This document shows, one piece after another, positions 7,733-16,679 of a DNA stretch of 32,000 nt (positions within the stretch are counted from its first letter, which is position 1; the number at the start of each line of letters is the position of its first letter). Source of the stretch: Cupriavidus necator (GTDB lineage: Bacteria; Pseudomonadota; Gammaproteobacteria; Burkholderiales; Burkholderiaceae); the NCBI RefSeq assembly GCF_016127575.1, contig NZ_CP066018.1, forward strand, positions 3,960,001 through 3,992,000, read 5' to 3'. The notes beneath the pieces were generated by a model. It was given only the letters and a program-made list of their open reading frames with translations, was not told where the DNA came from and made no database searches. The translations under genes and the position numbers were made by a program.

Positions 7733-8620
7733 ATGGACATGACTGTCGATCAATCACCGGCCGCCGCCGCGGTGCAGCGCTCGCCCGGCTACTGGACCAC
7801 GGTGGGCCGGCGCCTGCTGCGCAACCGGCTGGCCATGCTGGCCGCGCTGGTGCTGCTGGGGCTGGTGCTGATGGCGCTGTTCGCCCCGGTGCTGATGCCG
7901 GCGGACCCGTACGCGGCATCGATCCTCAAGCGCCTCAAGCCGATCGGCACCGAGCACTTCCCGCTCGGCACCGACGAGCTGGGACGCGACATGCTGTCGC
8001 GGCTGATGCTGGGCGCGCGGCTGTCGCTGTTCATGGGCATCACGCCGGTGCTGCTGGCCTTTGTCATCGGCAGCGCACTCGGCATCGTCGCAGGCTATGC
8101 CGGCGGCTGGACCAACACCGTGATCATGCGGCTCACCGACATCCTGTACGCCTTCCCGTCGGTGCTGCTGGCGATCGCGCTGTCGGGCACGCTGGGCGCG
8201 GGCGTGGGCAATGCGCTGCTGTCGCTGACCATCGTCTTTATCCCGCAGATCGTGCGCGTGGCCGAGAGCGTGACCACCCAGGTGCGCAACCGCGAGTTTG
8301 TCGATGCGGCGCGTGCTTCCGGGGCATCGTCGCTGACCATCGTGCGCGCCCATGTGCTCAACAACGTGCTTGGACCGATCTTCGTCTATGCCACCAGCCT
8401 GATCTCGGTGTCGATGATCCTGGCCTCCGGGCTGTCCTTCCTGGGCCTGGGCGTCAAGCCGCCGGAGCCGGAGTGGGGCCTGATGCTCAACACGCTGCGC
8501 ACGGCCATCTACACCCAGCCGTGGGTTGCCGCCCTGCCCGGCGCCATGATCTTCCTGACCTCGGTCTCGTTCAACCTGCTGGCCGACGGCATCCGCTCGG
8601 CCATGGAAATCAAGGACTGA
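7733..8620 (+). CDS. ABC transporter permease (DppC/OppC-like)
   Basis: ORF 7679..8620, start set to ATG 7733, preceded by GAGGAG (7721..7726). DppC-type motifs LGTDELGRDMLSRL and EFVDAARASGAS. Confidence 0.88.
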   Translation: MDMTVDQSPAAAAVQRSPGYWTTVGRRLLRNRLAMLAALVLLGLVLMALFAPVLMPADPYAASILKRLKPIGTEHFPLGTDELGRDMLSRLMLGARLSLFMGITPVLLAFVIGSALGIVAGYAGGWTNTVIMRLTDILYAFPSVLLAIALSGTLGAGVGNALLSLTIVFIPQIVRVAESVTTQVRNREFVDAARASGASSLTIVRAHVLNNVLGPIFVYATSLISVSMILASGLSFLGLGVKPPEPEWGLMLNTLRTAIYTQPWVAALPGAMIFLTSVSFNLLADGIRSAMEIKD

Positions 8621-8623
8621 ACC

Positions 8624-9655
8624 ATGCCAGCACTGATGCAGGCCCCTTCGCCACAGGCCGGCCGCGATGTCGGCGGCCCGGCGCAGCCGCTGGTGATCGC
8701 CCACCAGCTGGTCAAGCACTTTCCCATCAAGTCCGGCCTGCCCGGCCTGCGCGCGCGCGCCGCGTCCGTGCGCGCGGTCGATGGCGTCAGCTTCGACGTG
8801 CTCAAGGGCGAGACCCTGGGCGTGGTCGGCGAGTCCGGCTGCGGCAAGTCCACCACCGCGCGGCTGCTGATGCAGCTGACGCAGCAGGACCGCGGCGAGC
8901 TGATCTTCGACGCGCAGGGCGTGGGCTCGGCCCAGCTGCCGATGAAGCAGTTCCGCAGCCAGGTGCAGATGGTGTTCCAGGACAGCTATTCGTCGCTGAA
9001 CCCGCGCCTGACCATCGAGGAGTCGATCGCTTTCACGCCACGCGTCCATGGCGTGCCGGCGCGCGAAGCCACCGAGCGCGCCCGCTACCTGCTGCAGCGC
9101 GTCGGGCTCGATCCGGCACGCTTTGCCGGGCGCTACCCGCACGAGCTGTCGGGCGGGCAGCGCCAGCGCGTCAACATTGCCCGCGCGCTGGCGCTGCGCC
9201 CGCGGCTGGTGATCCTGGACGAGGCGGTCTCGGCACTGGACAAGTCGGTGGAGGCGCAGGTGCTGAACCTGCTGCTGGACCTGAAGGCCGAGTTCGACCT
9301 GACCTACGTCTTCATCAGCCACGACCTCAACGTGATCCGCTACCTGTGCGACCGCGTGATGGTGATGTACCTGGGCAAGGTGGTGGAGATCGCGGATACC
9401 GAGACCCTTTATCGGCACCCGGCGCACCCGTACACGCGCGCGCTGCTGGCGTCGATGCCGTCGATGGACCCCGACCGCCGCACCGCGGTCGCGCCGCTGG
9501 CGGGCGACCCGCCCAACCCGATCAACCCGCCGTCCGGCTGCAGCTTCCATCCGCGCTGCGCCATGGCGCAGGACGTGTGCGCGCGGCGCGAGCCGCAGCT
9601 GACCGACCTGGTGGCCGGGCATCCGGTCGCCTGCCTGCTGGCCGCCGCACCCTGA
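8624..9655 (+). CDS. ABC transporter ATP-binding protein (DppF/OppF-like)
   Basis: Walker A GESGCGKST, signature LSGGQRQR, Walker B LVILDEAVS. C-terminal oligopeptide-ATPase extension carries C-x5-C-x6-C-x17-C. Confidence 0.9.
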   Translation: MPALMQAPSPQAGRDVGGPAQPLVIAHQLVKHFPIKSGLPGLRARAASVRAVDGVSFDVLKGETLGVVGESGCGKSTTARLLMQLTQQDRGELIFDAQGVGSAQLPMKQFRSQVQMVFQDSYSSLNPRLTIEESIAFTPRVHGVPAREATERARYLLQRVGLDPARFAGRYPHELSGGQRQRVNIARALALRPRLVILDEAVSALDKSVEAQVLNLLLDLKAEFDLTYVFISHDLNVIRYLCDRVMVMYLGKVVEIADTETLYRHPAHPYTRALLASMPSMDPDRRTAVAPLAGDPPNPINPPSGCSFHPRCAMAQDVCARREPQLTDLVAGHPVACLLAAAP

Positions 9656-9665
9656 GGAGCCCACC

Positions 9666-10679
9666 ATGTCCACCAACCCGCAAGGCACACCCGGCGCGCC
9701 GATGATCTCGGTGCGGGACCTGCACGTCACCTTCTCCGGCGGCGGCAAGACCATCCGCGCCGTCAACGGCGTTTCGCTCGACGTGGGCGCCGGCGAGGCC
9801 GTGGCCCTGATCGGCGAATCCGGCTCCGGCAAGAGCGTCACGCTGCGCGCGCTGATGCGTCTGCACCCGCCGCGCCGCACCCGCATGGCAGGCCAGATCC
9901 GCGTCGACGGCGCCGAGGTGATGGCGCTCGACCAGCGCGCGCTGGCCCGGCTGCGCGGCGGCACCATGGCGATGGTGTTCCAGGAGCCGCTGCTGGCGCT
10001 GGACCCGGTCTACACCGTGGGCCAGCAGATCGTCGAATGCATCCGCACCCACGACAAGGTCTCGGCCGCCGAGGCGCGCTCGCGCGCGCTGCAGGCGCTC
10101 GAGTCCGTGCGCATTCCCAGCCCGGAGCGGCGGATGGCAGCGTATCCGCACGAGTTGTCGGGCGGCATGCGCCAGCGCGCGATGATCGCGCTGGCACTGT
10201 CGGCGCGGCCCAGGATCCTGCTGGCCGACGAGCCTACCACCGCGCTGGACGCCACCGTGCAGATCCAGGTGCTGATCCTGCTGCGCGAGCTGCAGCGCGA
10301 ACTGGGGCTGTCCATCGTCTTCGTCACCCACGATATCGGCGCCGCGGTGGAGATCGCCGACCGCGTCGCGGTGATGTACGGCGGGCGCATTGTCGAAGAA
10401 GGCCCGATCCGCACCCTGCTGCGCGCGGCGCGCCACCCCTACACCATCGCCCTGCTGCAGAGCCGCCAGCATGGCATGGACCGCGGCCAGCGGCTGCAGG
10501 CCATCGGCGGCGCCCCGCCCGACCTGGCCGCGCTGCCGCCAGGCTGCACCTTTGCACCGCGCTGCCCGCATGCGCGCCCGCAATGCCTGGCCGAGGTGCC
10601 GCAGGCGGTCACCGTCGGCACCGGGCACCGCGTCAGTTGCGTGCTGGCCGCCGAGCCCGCGGTCGCCACCGCGGCATGA
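9666..10679 (+). CDS. ABC transporter ATP-binding protein (DppD/OppD-like)
   Basis: Walker A GESGSGKSV, signature LSGGMRQR, Walker B ILLADEPTT. The C-terminal extension has the same C-x5-C-x6-C-x17-C spacing. The F-like ATPase precedes the D-like one, the reverse of the E. coli dpp order. Confidence 0.9.
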   Translation: MSTNPQGTPGAPMISVRDLHVTFSGGGKTIRAVNGVSLDVGAGEAVALIGESGSGKSVTLRALMRLHPPRRTRMAGQIRVDGAEVMALDQRALARLRGGTMAMVFQEPLLALDPVYTVGQQIVECIRTHDKVSAAEARSRALQALESVRIPSPERRMAAYPHELSGGMRQRAMIALALSARPRILLADEPTTALDATVQIQVLILLRELQRELGLSIVFVTHDIGAAVEIADRVAVMYGGRIVEEGPIRTLLRAARHPYTIALLQSRQHGMDRGQRLQAIGGAPPDLAALPPGCTFAPRCPHARPQCLAEVPQAVTVGTGHRVSCVLAAEPAVATAA

Positions 10680-10716
10680 CCCCCATCCCAGAACCCCAAC
10701 GTATTCCAGGCCACCC

Positions 10717-11907
10717 ATGACGCTTGCCACCCATCCTGCCCGTGCCTTCATGCCGTACCCACAGATCGCCGTCCCGCACGCCGCCAGCGGCCCGCTGCGG
10801 GGCCTGAGCTTTGCCGTGAAGGACCTGTTCGACGTAGCTGGCTATCCGACCGGCGGCGGCAATCCGCACGTGCTGGCGCGCTCGGGCATCAAGGCCGCGA
10901 CCGCACCGGCGGTGCAGCGGCTGCTGGACGCCGGCGCCGCCTTCGTCGGCAAGACCCACACTGACGAGCTGGCCTTCTCCATGAACGGCCAGAACGCCCA
11001 CTACGGGCGCCCGGTCAACGGCGCGGCACCGGAGCGCATCACCGGCGGCTCGTCGTCGGGCTCGGCCTCGGCGGTATCGAACGGCTTGTGCGACTTTGCG
11101 CTGGGCTCCGACACCGGCGGCTCGGTGCGCGCGCCGGCCAGCCATTGCGGCCTGTTCGGCATCCGGCCCACGCATGGGCGCATTTCGCTGGAACGCTGCC
11201 TGCCGCTGTCCGAAAGCCTGGACACCTGCGGCTTCTTTGCGCGCGACATCGGCACCTTCGCGCGCGTGGCCGAGGTGCTGTTCGGCGCGGACCCGGCGCC
11301 GCTGCCGGCCGCGCCGCGGCTGCTGTTTGCCACCGACCTGTTCGCCCAGCCGACCCCGGAGGCCCGCGACGCGCTGGCGCCGGCTGTCGCCCGGATCGAA
11401 ACCGCGCTGGGCCGGGCCGCGCCTGCCACCGTGGCCGACCGGCCGCTGTCCGACCTGTGGTGGGCGTTCCGCTACGTGCAGGGCTGGGAGGCGTGGCGCA
11501 GCGACGGCGAACTGATCGAGCAACACGGGCTGGAGCTGGGTGCCGATGTCGCGGCACGCTTCGCCTTCTCGAAGGCCGTCACCCGCAGCCAGTTCGACGA
11601 AGCCAGTGCCGTACGCCGCGACTTCACCGCGCACCTGGGCCGCCTGCTGGGGCCGGACGGCGTGCTGGTGCTGCCGACCATGCCCGATATCGCGCCGCTG
11701 CGCGCCGAACCGATCGAGTCCCTGGAGACCTACCGCAACCTCGCCGCCCAGACGTTGTGCCTGACGCCGCTGAGCGGCTTCCCGCAGCTGAACCTGCCGC
11801 TGGCCGGCCGCGACGGCGCACCGCTCGGCATCTCGCTGCTGGGGCCGGCGGGCAGTGACCGCAGCCTGGTGGCACTGGCGGAGCGGATCATGGCGCACAA
11901 GGCGTGA
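10717..11907 (+). CDS. Amidase-signature family amidase
   Basis: ORF 10390..11907. The first 109 codons overlap the preceding ATPase gene, so the start is set to ATG 10717 (MTLATHPARAF...). Catalytic Lys context FAVKDLFDVAG, the GGSSSGSASAV signature and the nucleophile motif GSDTGGSVRAPA are present. Confidence 0.85.
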   Translation: MTLATHPARAFMPYPQIAVPHAASGPLRGLSFAVKDLFDVAGYPTGGGNPHVLARSGIKAATAPAVQRLLDAGAAFVGKTHTDELAFSMNGQNAHYGRPVNGAAPERITGGSSSGSASAVSNGLCDFALGSDTGGSVRAPASHCGLFGIRPTHGRISLERCLPLSESLDTCGFFARDIGTFARVAEVLFGADPAPLPAAPRLLFATDLFAQPTPEARDALAPAVARIETALGRAAPATVADRPLSDLWWAFRYVQGWEAWRSDGELIEQHGLELGADVAARFAFSKAVTRSQFDEASAVRRDFTAHLGRLLGPDGVLVLPTMPDIAPLRAEPIESLETYRNLAAQTLCLTPLSGFPQLNLPLAGRDGAPLGISLLGPAGSDRSLVALAERIMAHKA

Positions 11908-11948
11908 ACCAGTAAGGCAAGGGGCACGCGGCATGCCGACGGCGAGGT

Positions 11949-11962
11949 CGATGCCGGCATCG
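11949..11962. terminator. Weak palindrome CGATGCCGGCATCG (+TTT) in the convergent gap between the amidase and the RND pump
   Basis: 14-nt perfect palindrome (5-bp stem, 4-nt loop as RNA) followed by TTT on the + strand. Short stem, so weak support. Confidence 0.2.
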
Positions 11963-12019
11963 TTTCGCCAGGACCGGCCCGCGGCTTCCGCGAAGCCACA
12001 GCCTGAACCGCGCCGCACC

Positions 12020-15000
12020 TCAACTCGCCAGCGCCGACACCCCGTTCCCCGGCCGCTTGACGCGGAACCACGCCGCATACAGCGCCGGCAGGAACAGCAG
12101 CGTCAGCACCGTGGCAATGATCAGCCCGCCCATGATCGCCACCGCCATCGGCCCCCAGAACATCGAGCGCGACAGCGGGATCATCGCCAGCACCGCCGCG
12201 GCGGCGGTCAGGATGATCGGGCGGAAGCGGCGCACCGCGGCCTCGACGATGGCGGTCCACTGCGGCACGCCGGCGCTGATGTCCTGCTCGATCTGGTCGA
12301 CCAGGATCACCGAGTTGCGGATGATCATGCCCAGCAGCGCGGTGATGCCCAGCTGCGCCACAAACCCCATCGGCGCGCGCAGCAGCAACAGCGTGGCGGC
12401 GGCGCCGATCAGGCCCAGCGGGCCGGTCAGGAACACCATGGTCGCGCGCGAGAAGCTGTGCAGCTGCAGCATCAGCAGCGTGAAGATGATGAAGATGCAC
12501 AGCGGCAACTGCGCCGCGATGGAGGCGCCCGCCTTGCCGCTCTCTTCCTCCGCGCCGGCCACGGTGATGCGGTAGCCCGGCGGCAGCTGCGCGCGCAGCT
12601 GGTCCAGCTTCGGGTTGATCTGCGCGGTCACCGTCGGGCCCTGGATGCCGTCGACCACATCGGCCTGCACGGTCACGCCGAAGTCGCGGTTCTCGCGCCA
12701 CACCACGCCCGGCTCCGAGCGCAGCGTCACGCGCGCCACCTGCGTCAGCGGCACCATGCGCCCGGTGTTGGTCGGCACCAGCATGTTGTTCAGGTCCGAG
12801 ATCGCATCGCGCTCATTGCGCGGGGTGCGCATCAGGATGTCGATCAGCTTGTCGCCGTCGCGGTACTGGCCCACCGGCACGCCGCTGAGCACGGTCTGCG
12901 TGACGCGGGCGATGGCATTGGTGGTCACGCCCAGTGCGCGCGCCTTGTCCTGGTCGATCTCCAGGCGCAGCATCTTGACGTTCTCATTCCAGTTGTCGTT
13001 GACCCCGACGGTATTGGGGTTGGCGCGCATCTCGGCCTTGACCTGGTCGGCCAGCTGGCGTACCCCGGCTGCGTCCGGCCCGATCACGCGGAACTGCACA
13101 GGATAGGCCACCGGAGGCCCGTTGGGCAACAGCTTGACGCGGCCTCGCAGGTACGGGAATTCGGCATCCATCAGCTTGATGATGCGGCGGCGCAGCGCAT
13201 CGCGCACCTCGGTGCTGACCGGCATCACGATCACCTGCGCCACATTGGTCTGCGGGAAGATCTGGTCCAGCGGCAGGTAGAAGCGCGGCGCGCCGGTGCC
13301 GACGAAGGTGGTCAGGCTCTCGACTTCCTTGTCCTTGCCGACCAGCTGCTCGAAGCGCTTGGCCTCGGTTTCCATCTGGGCGAAGCTGGTGCCCTCGGGC
13401 ATCCACAGCTCCACCATCAGCTCGGGGCGGCTGGAATCCGGGAAGAACTGCTTCTCGACAAACTTGAAGGCGTAGATGCCCAGCCCGAAGGCCACCAGCG
13501 TGATCGCGATCACCACCTTGCGCCAGCTCACGCACCAGTCCACCAGCCGGCGGAAGCGCGCATAGAACGGCGTGTCGAAGACCTCGTGGGCCTCGCCCGC
13601 GCCGGGGCCGCGGGTCTTGAGCAGCAGGTAGCCCAGGTAGGGCGTGAAATAGACCGCGGCCAGCCACGACAGCACCAGCGCCAGCGCCGTCACCGCAAAG
13701 ATCGCGAAGGTGTATTCGCCCACCGTCGAGCGCGCCAGGCCCACCGGCAGGAAGCCGGCCGCGGTGATCAGCGTGCCGGTCAGCATCGGCATCGCGGTGG
13801 AGGTATAGGCGAAGGTGGCCGCCTCCATCTTGGAAAAGCCCTCTTCCAGCTTGCGCACCATCATCTCGACCGCAATGATGGCGTCGTCCACCAGCAGCCC
13901 AAGCGCCACGATCAGCGCGCCGAGCGATATCTTGTGCAGCCCGATGCCGAAGATATTCATGAACAGGAAGGTCACCGCCAGCACCAGCGGGATCGTCAGC
14001 GCCACCACCAGGCCCGGGCGCGCGTCCAGCCGCAGCGGTTTGGTGTGCAGCCCCAGCGAGACGAAACTGACCGCCAGCACGATCACCACCGCCTCGATCA
14101 GCACGTGCACGAACTCGCCCACCGAACGCTGGACCGCCTTCGGCTGGTCCTGCACCTGGTCCATCTCGATTCCCACCGGCAACTGCGTGCGCAGCCGGTC
14201 GAACGCGGCGCGCAGGTTCTTGCCCAGTTCGATGATGTCGCCGCCCTTCTGCATCGAAATGCCCAGCCCGATCACGTCCTTGCCGTTGAAGCGCATGCGC
14301 GTCTGGGTCGGGTCGACATAGCCGCGGTAGACGTGCGCGATGTCGCCCAGGCGGATATTGGCGATGCCGTTGGGCCCGCGCAGCACCAGGTTCTCCAGGT
14401 CCTCCACGCTGGCGAACTGGCCGGACAGGCGCACCTGCAGGTTGTCGGTCGGGGTGACCAGCACGCCGCTGCCGGTCAGGTTGTTCTGCTGCGAGATCTG
14501 GTCGGCGATGGCGTTGATATCCAGCCCCAGCTGGGCGAAGCGCGCCTGGTTGAACTCGATGAAGACCTTCTCGTCCTGCAGGCCGATCAGCGACACCTTG
14601 GCCACCGACGGCACGCGCAGCAGTTCCTGGCGCACCAGGTCGGCGTACTCGCGCAGCTCCTTGTAGTTGAAGCCGTCGGCCGAGAGCGCGTAGATGGTGC
14701 CGTACACGTCGCCAAACTCATCATTGAAGAACGGCCCGCGCACGCCCGCGGGCAGCGTCTGCTGGATATCGCCGATCTTCTTGCGCGCGGTGTACCAGAC
14801 CTGCGCGGTCTCCTTTGCCGGCGAGGTGTCCTTGAGCTGGAAGATCACCGTGGTCTCGCCCGGCTTGGAGAAGCTGCGGATCTTGTCCGCATAGGGCACT
14901 TCCTGCAGCTGGCGCTCGATCTTGTCCGTCACCTGGACGGCGATCTGCTCGGCGGTGGCGCCGGGCCAGAAGGCCTGCACCACCATCACGCGGAAGGTAA

Positions 15001-15133
15001 AGGGCGGATCCTCGTCCTGGCCCAGCTGGAAGAATGCCAGCATGCCGCCAAGCAGCAGCACCACCAGCAGGTAGCGGGTCAGCGGCTGGTGCTCGAGTGC
15101 CCAGCGCGACAGGTTGAAGCGGGAATGATCCAT
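12020..15133 (-). CDS. RND efflux transporter, inner-membrane permease subunit (AcrB/HAE1-like)
   Basis: ORF 12020..15205, start set to ATG 15133 (MDHSRFNLSRWALEHQPLTRYLLVVLLLGG). About 1037 aa with the typical RND topology of 12 TM segments and two large periplasmic loops, including ...ALGLLVDDAIIAVEMM... and a duplicated C-terminal half. Confidence 0.9.
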   Translation of the reverse strand: MDHSRFNLSRWALEHQPLTRYLLVVLLLGGMLAFFQLGQDEDPPFTFRVMVVQAFWPGATAEQIAVQVTDKIERQLQEVPYADKIRSFSKPGETTVIFQLKDTSPAKETAQVWYTARKKIGDIQQTLPAGVRGPFFNDEFGDVYGTIYALSADGFNYKELREYADLVRQELLRVPSVAKVSLIGLQDEKVFIEFNQARFAQLGLDINAIADQISQQNNLTGSGVLVTPTDNLQVRLSGQFASVEDLENLVLRGPNGIANIRLGDIAHVYRGYVDPTQTRMRFNGKDVIGLGISMQKGGDIIELGKNLRAAFDRLRTQLPVGIEMDQVQDQPKAVQRSVGEFVHVLIEAVVIVLAVSFVSLGLHTKPLRLDARPGLVVALTIPLVLAVTFLFMNIFGIGLHKISLGALIVALGLLVDDAIIAVEMMVRKLEEGFSKMEAATFAYTSTAMPMLTGTLITAAGFLPVGLARSTVGEYTFAIFAVTALALVLSWLAAVYFTPYLGYLLLKTRGPGAGEAHEVFDTPFYARFRRLVDWCVSWRKVVIAITLVAFGLGIYAFKFVEKQFFPDSSRPELMVELWMPEGTSFAQMETEAKRFEQLVGKDKEVESLTTFVGTGAPRFYLPLDQIFPQTNVAQVIVMPVSTEVRDALRRRIIKLMDAEFPYLRGRVKLLPNGPPVAYPVQFRVIGPDAAGVRQLADQVKAEMRANPNTVGVNDNWNENVKMLRLEIDQDKARALGVTTNAIARVTQTVLSGVPVGQYRDGDKLIDILMRTPRNERDAISDLNNMLVPTNTGRMVPLTQVARVTLRSEPGVVWRENRDFGVTVQADVVDGIQGPTVTAQINPKLDQLRAQLPPGYRITVAGAEEESGKAGASIAAQLPLCIFIIFTLLMLQLHSFSRATMVFLTGPLGLIGAAATLLLLRAPMGFVAQLGITALLGMIIRNSVILVDQIEQDISAGVPQWTAIVEAAVRRFRPIILTAAAAVLAMIPLSRSMFWGPMAVAIMGGLIIATVLTLLFLPALYAAWFRVKRPGNGVSALAS

Positions 15134-15137
15134 CCGC

Positions 15138-16295
15138 TCACCCCTGTTTCGGGGTGGCGGCCGGTGCCGATGCCGGGGCCGATGCAGGCCCTCCCGCAGG
15201 CGCAACCGTCTGCAGCGGGCGCACCTTCTGGCCCGCGCGCAACAGGTGCACCCCGGCGGTGACGATGGTCTGGCCCGGGGCCAGGCCCTGGCGCACCTCC
15301 ACCTCGTTGCCGATGGCCTCGCCCAGCGTCACCGGCACCGGCTTGACCGTGCCGGCGGCGGCGTCATAGATCCAGACCTGGTTGCGGCCCTGCTCCTGCA
15401 GCAGCGCGGTCAGCGGCACCCGGATGGCCGCGGTGGCGCCGCTGCGCATGAAGGTCACCACCGCGGTCATGCCGAGCTTGAGGTCGGCGGGCGGGTTCGG
15501 CACCGTCACGCGGGTGGCATAGGTGCGGGTGACCGGGTCGGCCGCCGCGGCAATCTCGCGCACGCGGCCAGGCAGCGTGCGCTGCGGCTCGGCCCAGGTA
15601 TGGATGGTCACGTCGGTAATGCCGCGCAGCAGGTCGACCTGGTCTTCGGGCAGGCCGATCGCGACTTCCTTCTCTGCCGTCTGCGCCACGCGCACCACCG
15701 GCTGGCCGGGCGTCACCACCTGGCCCACCTCGGCATCGATCGCCGTGACCACGCCGTCGGCATCGGCATGCAGGACCGAGTAGCCGGTCTGGTTGGACTG
15801 GCTGCGCAGCCCGGCCTGGGCCTGGCGCAGCCGCGATTCGGCGGCGTCATAGTTGGCCTGGCGCCGGTGCTGCTCGGCAGCGCTGATGAAGCCCTTGGCG
15901 AACAGGTCGTTGTAGCGCTTCAGGTCGGCGGCGGCCAGGTCGCGGTCAGTCTTCGCGGCCTCGAACTGGGCGCGTGAGCCGGCCTCGGCCAGCGACAGGT
16001 CGGTGGGATCCAGGCGCGCCAGCGGCTGGCCCTTGCTGACCACCGCGCCCACATCCACCAGCCTGGCGGCGATCTTGCCCCCGACGCGGAAGCCCAGCCG
16101 CGACTCCACGCGCGGGCGCACGTCGCCGGAGAACTCGAAGGCGGTCTTGCCGTTGTGCGGGCTCAGCTGCATCAGGCGCACCGGGCGCACCTCCGGCGCC
16201 GGCTCGGCCTTCTTGCCGCAGCCGGTCAGGGCCAGCAGGCTGGCCATCAAAAGTGCGGCTACGGTCACGCCTCGACCGAGGTGGCGCGGCGGCAT
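15138..16295 (-). CDS. RND efflux periplasmic adaptor (membrane fusion protein), lipoprotein
   Basis: C-terminal 385 codons of ORF 15138..17648. Start set to ATG 16295, giving MPPRHLGRGVTVAALLMASLLALTGC (lipobox LTGC). Coiled-coil hairpin plus barrel-sandwich motifs are present. The stop codon lies 4 nt before the pump start codon. Confidence 0.85.
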   Translation of the reverse strand: MPPRHLGRGVTVAALLMASLLALTGCGKKAEPAPEVRPVRLMQLSPHNGKTAFEFSGDVRPRVESRLGFRVGGKIAARLVDVGAVVSKGQPLARLDPTDLSLAEAGSRAQFEAAKTDRDLAAADLKRYNDLFAKGFISAAEQHRRQANYDAAESRLRQAQAGLRSQSNQTGYSVLHADADGVVTAIDAEVGQVVTPGQPVVRVAQTAEKEVAIGLPEDQVDLLRGITDVTIHTWAEPQRTLPGRVREIAAAADPVTRTYATRVTVPNPPADLKLGMTAVVTFMRSGATAAIRVPLTALLQEQGRNQVWIYDAAAGTVKPVPVTLGEAIGNEVEVRQGLAPGQTIVTAGVHLLRAGQKVRPLQTVAPAGGPASAPASAPAATPKQG

Positions 16296-16625
16296 CGTAA
16301 CAACAGGAGAATCTGCAGCCGCAACTTCCGGCACTTGGCAAAGCACTGGCATCGGTAGGCAACGAGTCGGATGGAACAACTGACAAGACTGGCCGGTGAC
16401 CGCAAATCCCCTGCGCCCGGGAAGTCGTCGGGGCGCGCGGAATGGCCGCGCGCAGCCGGCATCGGCAATAAATAACTTTCCGGTCAGTAATATAACGACG
16501 ACCCCCGGGTGCGTCAAACGGCAGGCGACGAAACCGCTGGAATGAAGACTCAGTTGCCGTTCCGGGCTGGTGAACTGCGCCGACAGGCTTCGGCATGCGC
16601 GACCATACCCTGCCCGGCGCGATGC

Positions 16626-16631
16626 TACAAT
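16626..16631 (+). promoter_or_regulatory. -10 box TACAAT (context GCTACAATCCGC) upstream of the hpnD-like gene
   Basis: Lies 48 nt upstream of the GTG start at 16680. The 12-mer is identical to the one at 1740..1751. Confidence 0.4.
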
Positions 16632-16679
16632 CCGCCGCGCCGCTGGCGCTTCCCCCCACATCTTCGACCCGAGACCGGC

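Noticed and set aside
5012-9967. Long minus-strand ORFs (5012..6928 638 aa, 6421..7740 439 aa, 7754..9967 737 aa)
   Set aside because: All are antisense to the SBP, permease and ATPase genes, whose products have clear family motifs. The translations are Arg/Gly/His-rich with no recognisable domain.
1921-12019. Possible genomic island integrated at the 3' end of tRNA-Leu
   Set aside because: There is no integrase, transposase or phage gene downstream. I could find no direct repeat of the tRNA 3' end anywhere in the window. Except for the small Cys-rich gene, the codon usage of the downstream genes matches the rest of the window.
11855-15262. A 1135-aa ORF on the + strand, the longest in the track
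   Set aside because: It lies exactly antisense to the recognisable RND pump gene (12020..15133). Its translation is low-complexity and rich in R/H/Q/D/G (…HRGGGQDDRAEAAHRGLDD…) with no motifs. This is a typical shadow ORF of high-GC coding DNA.
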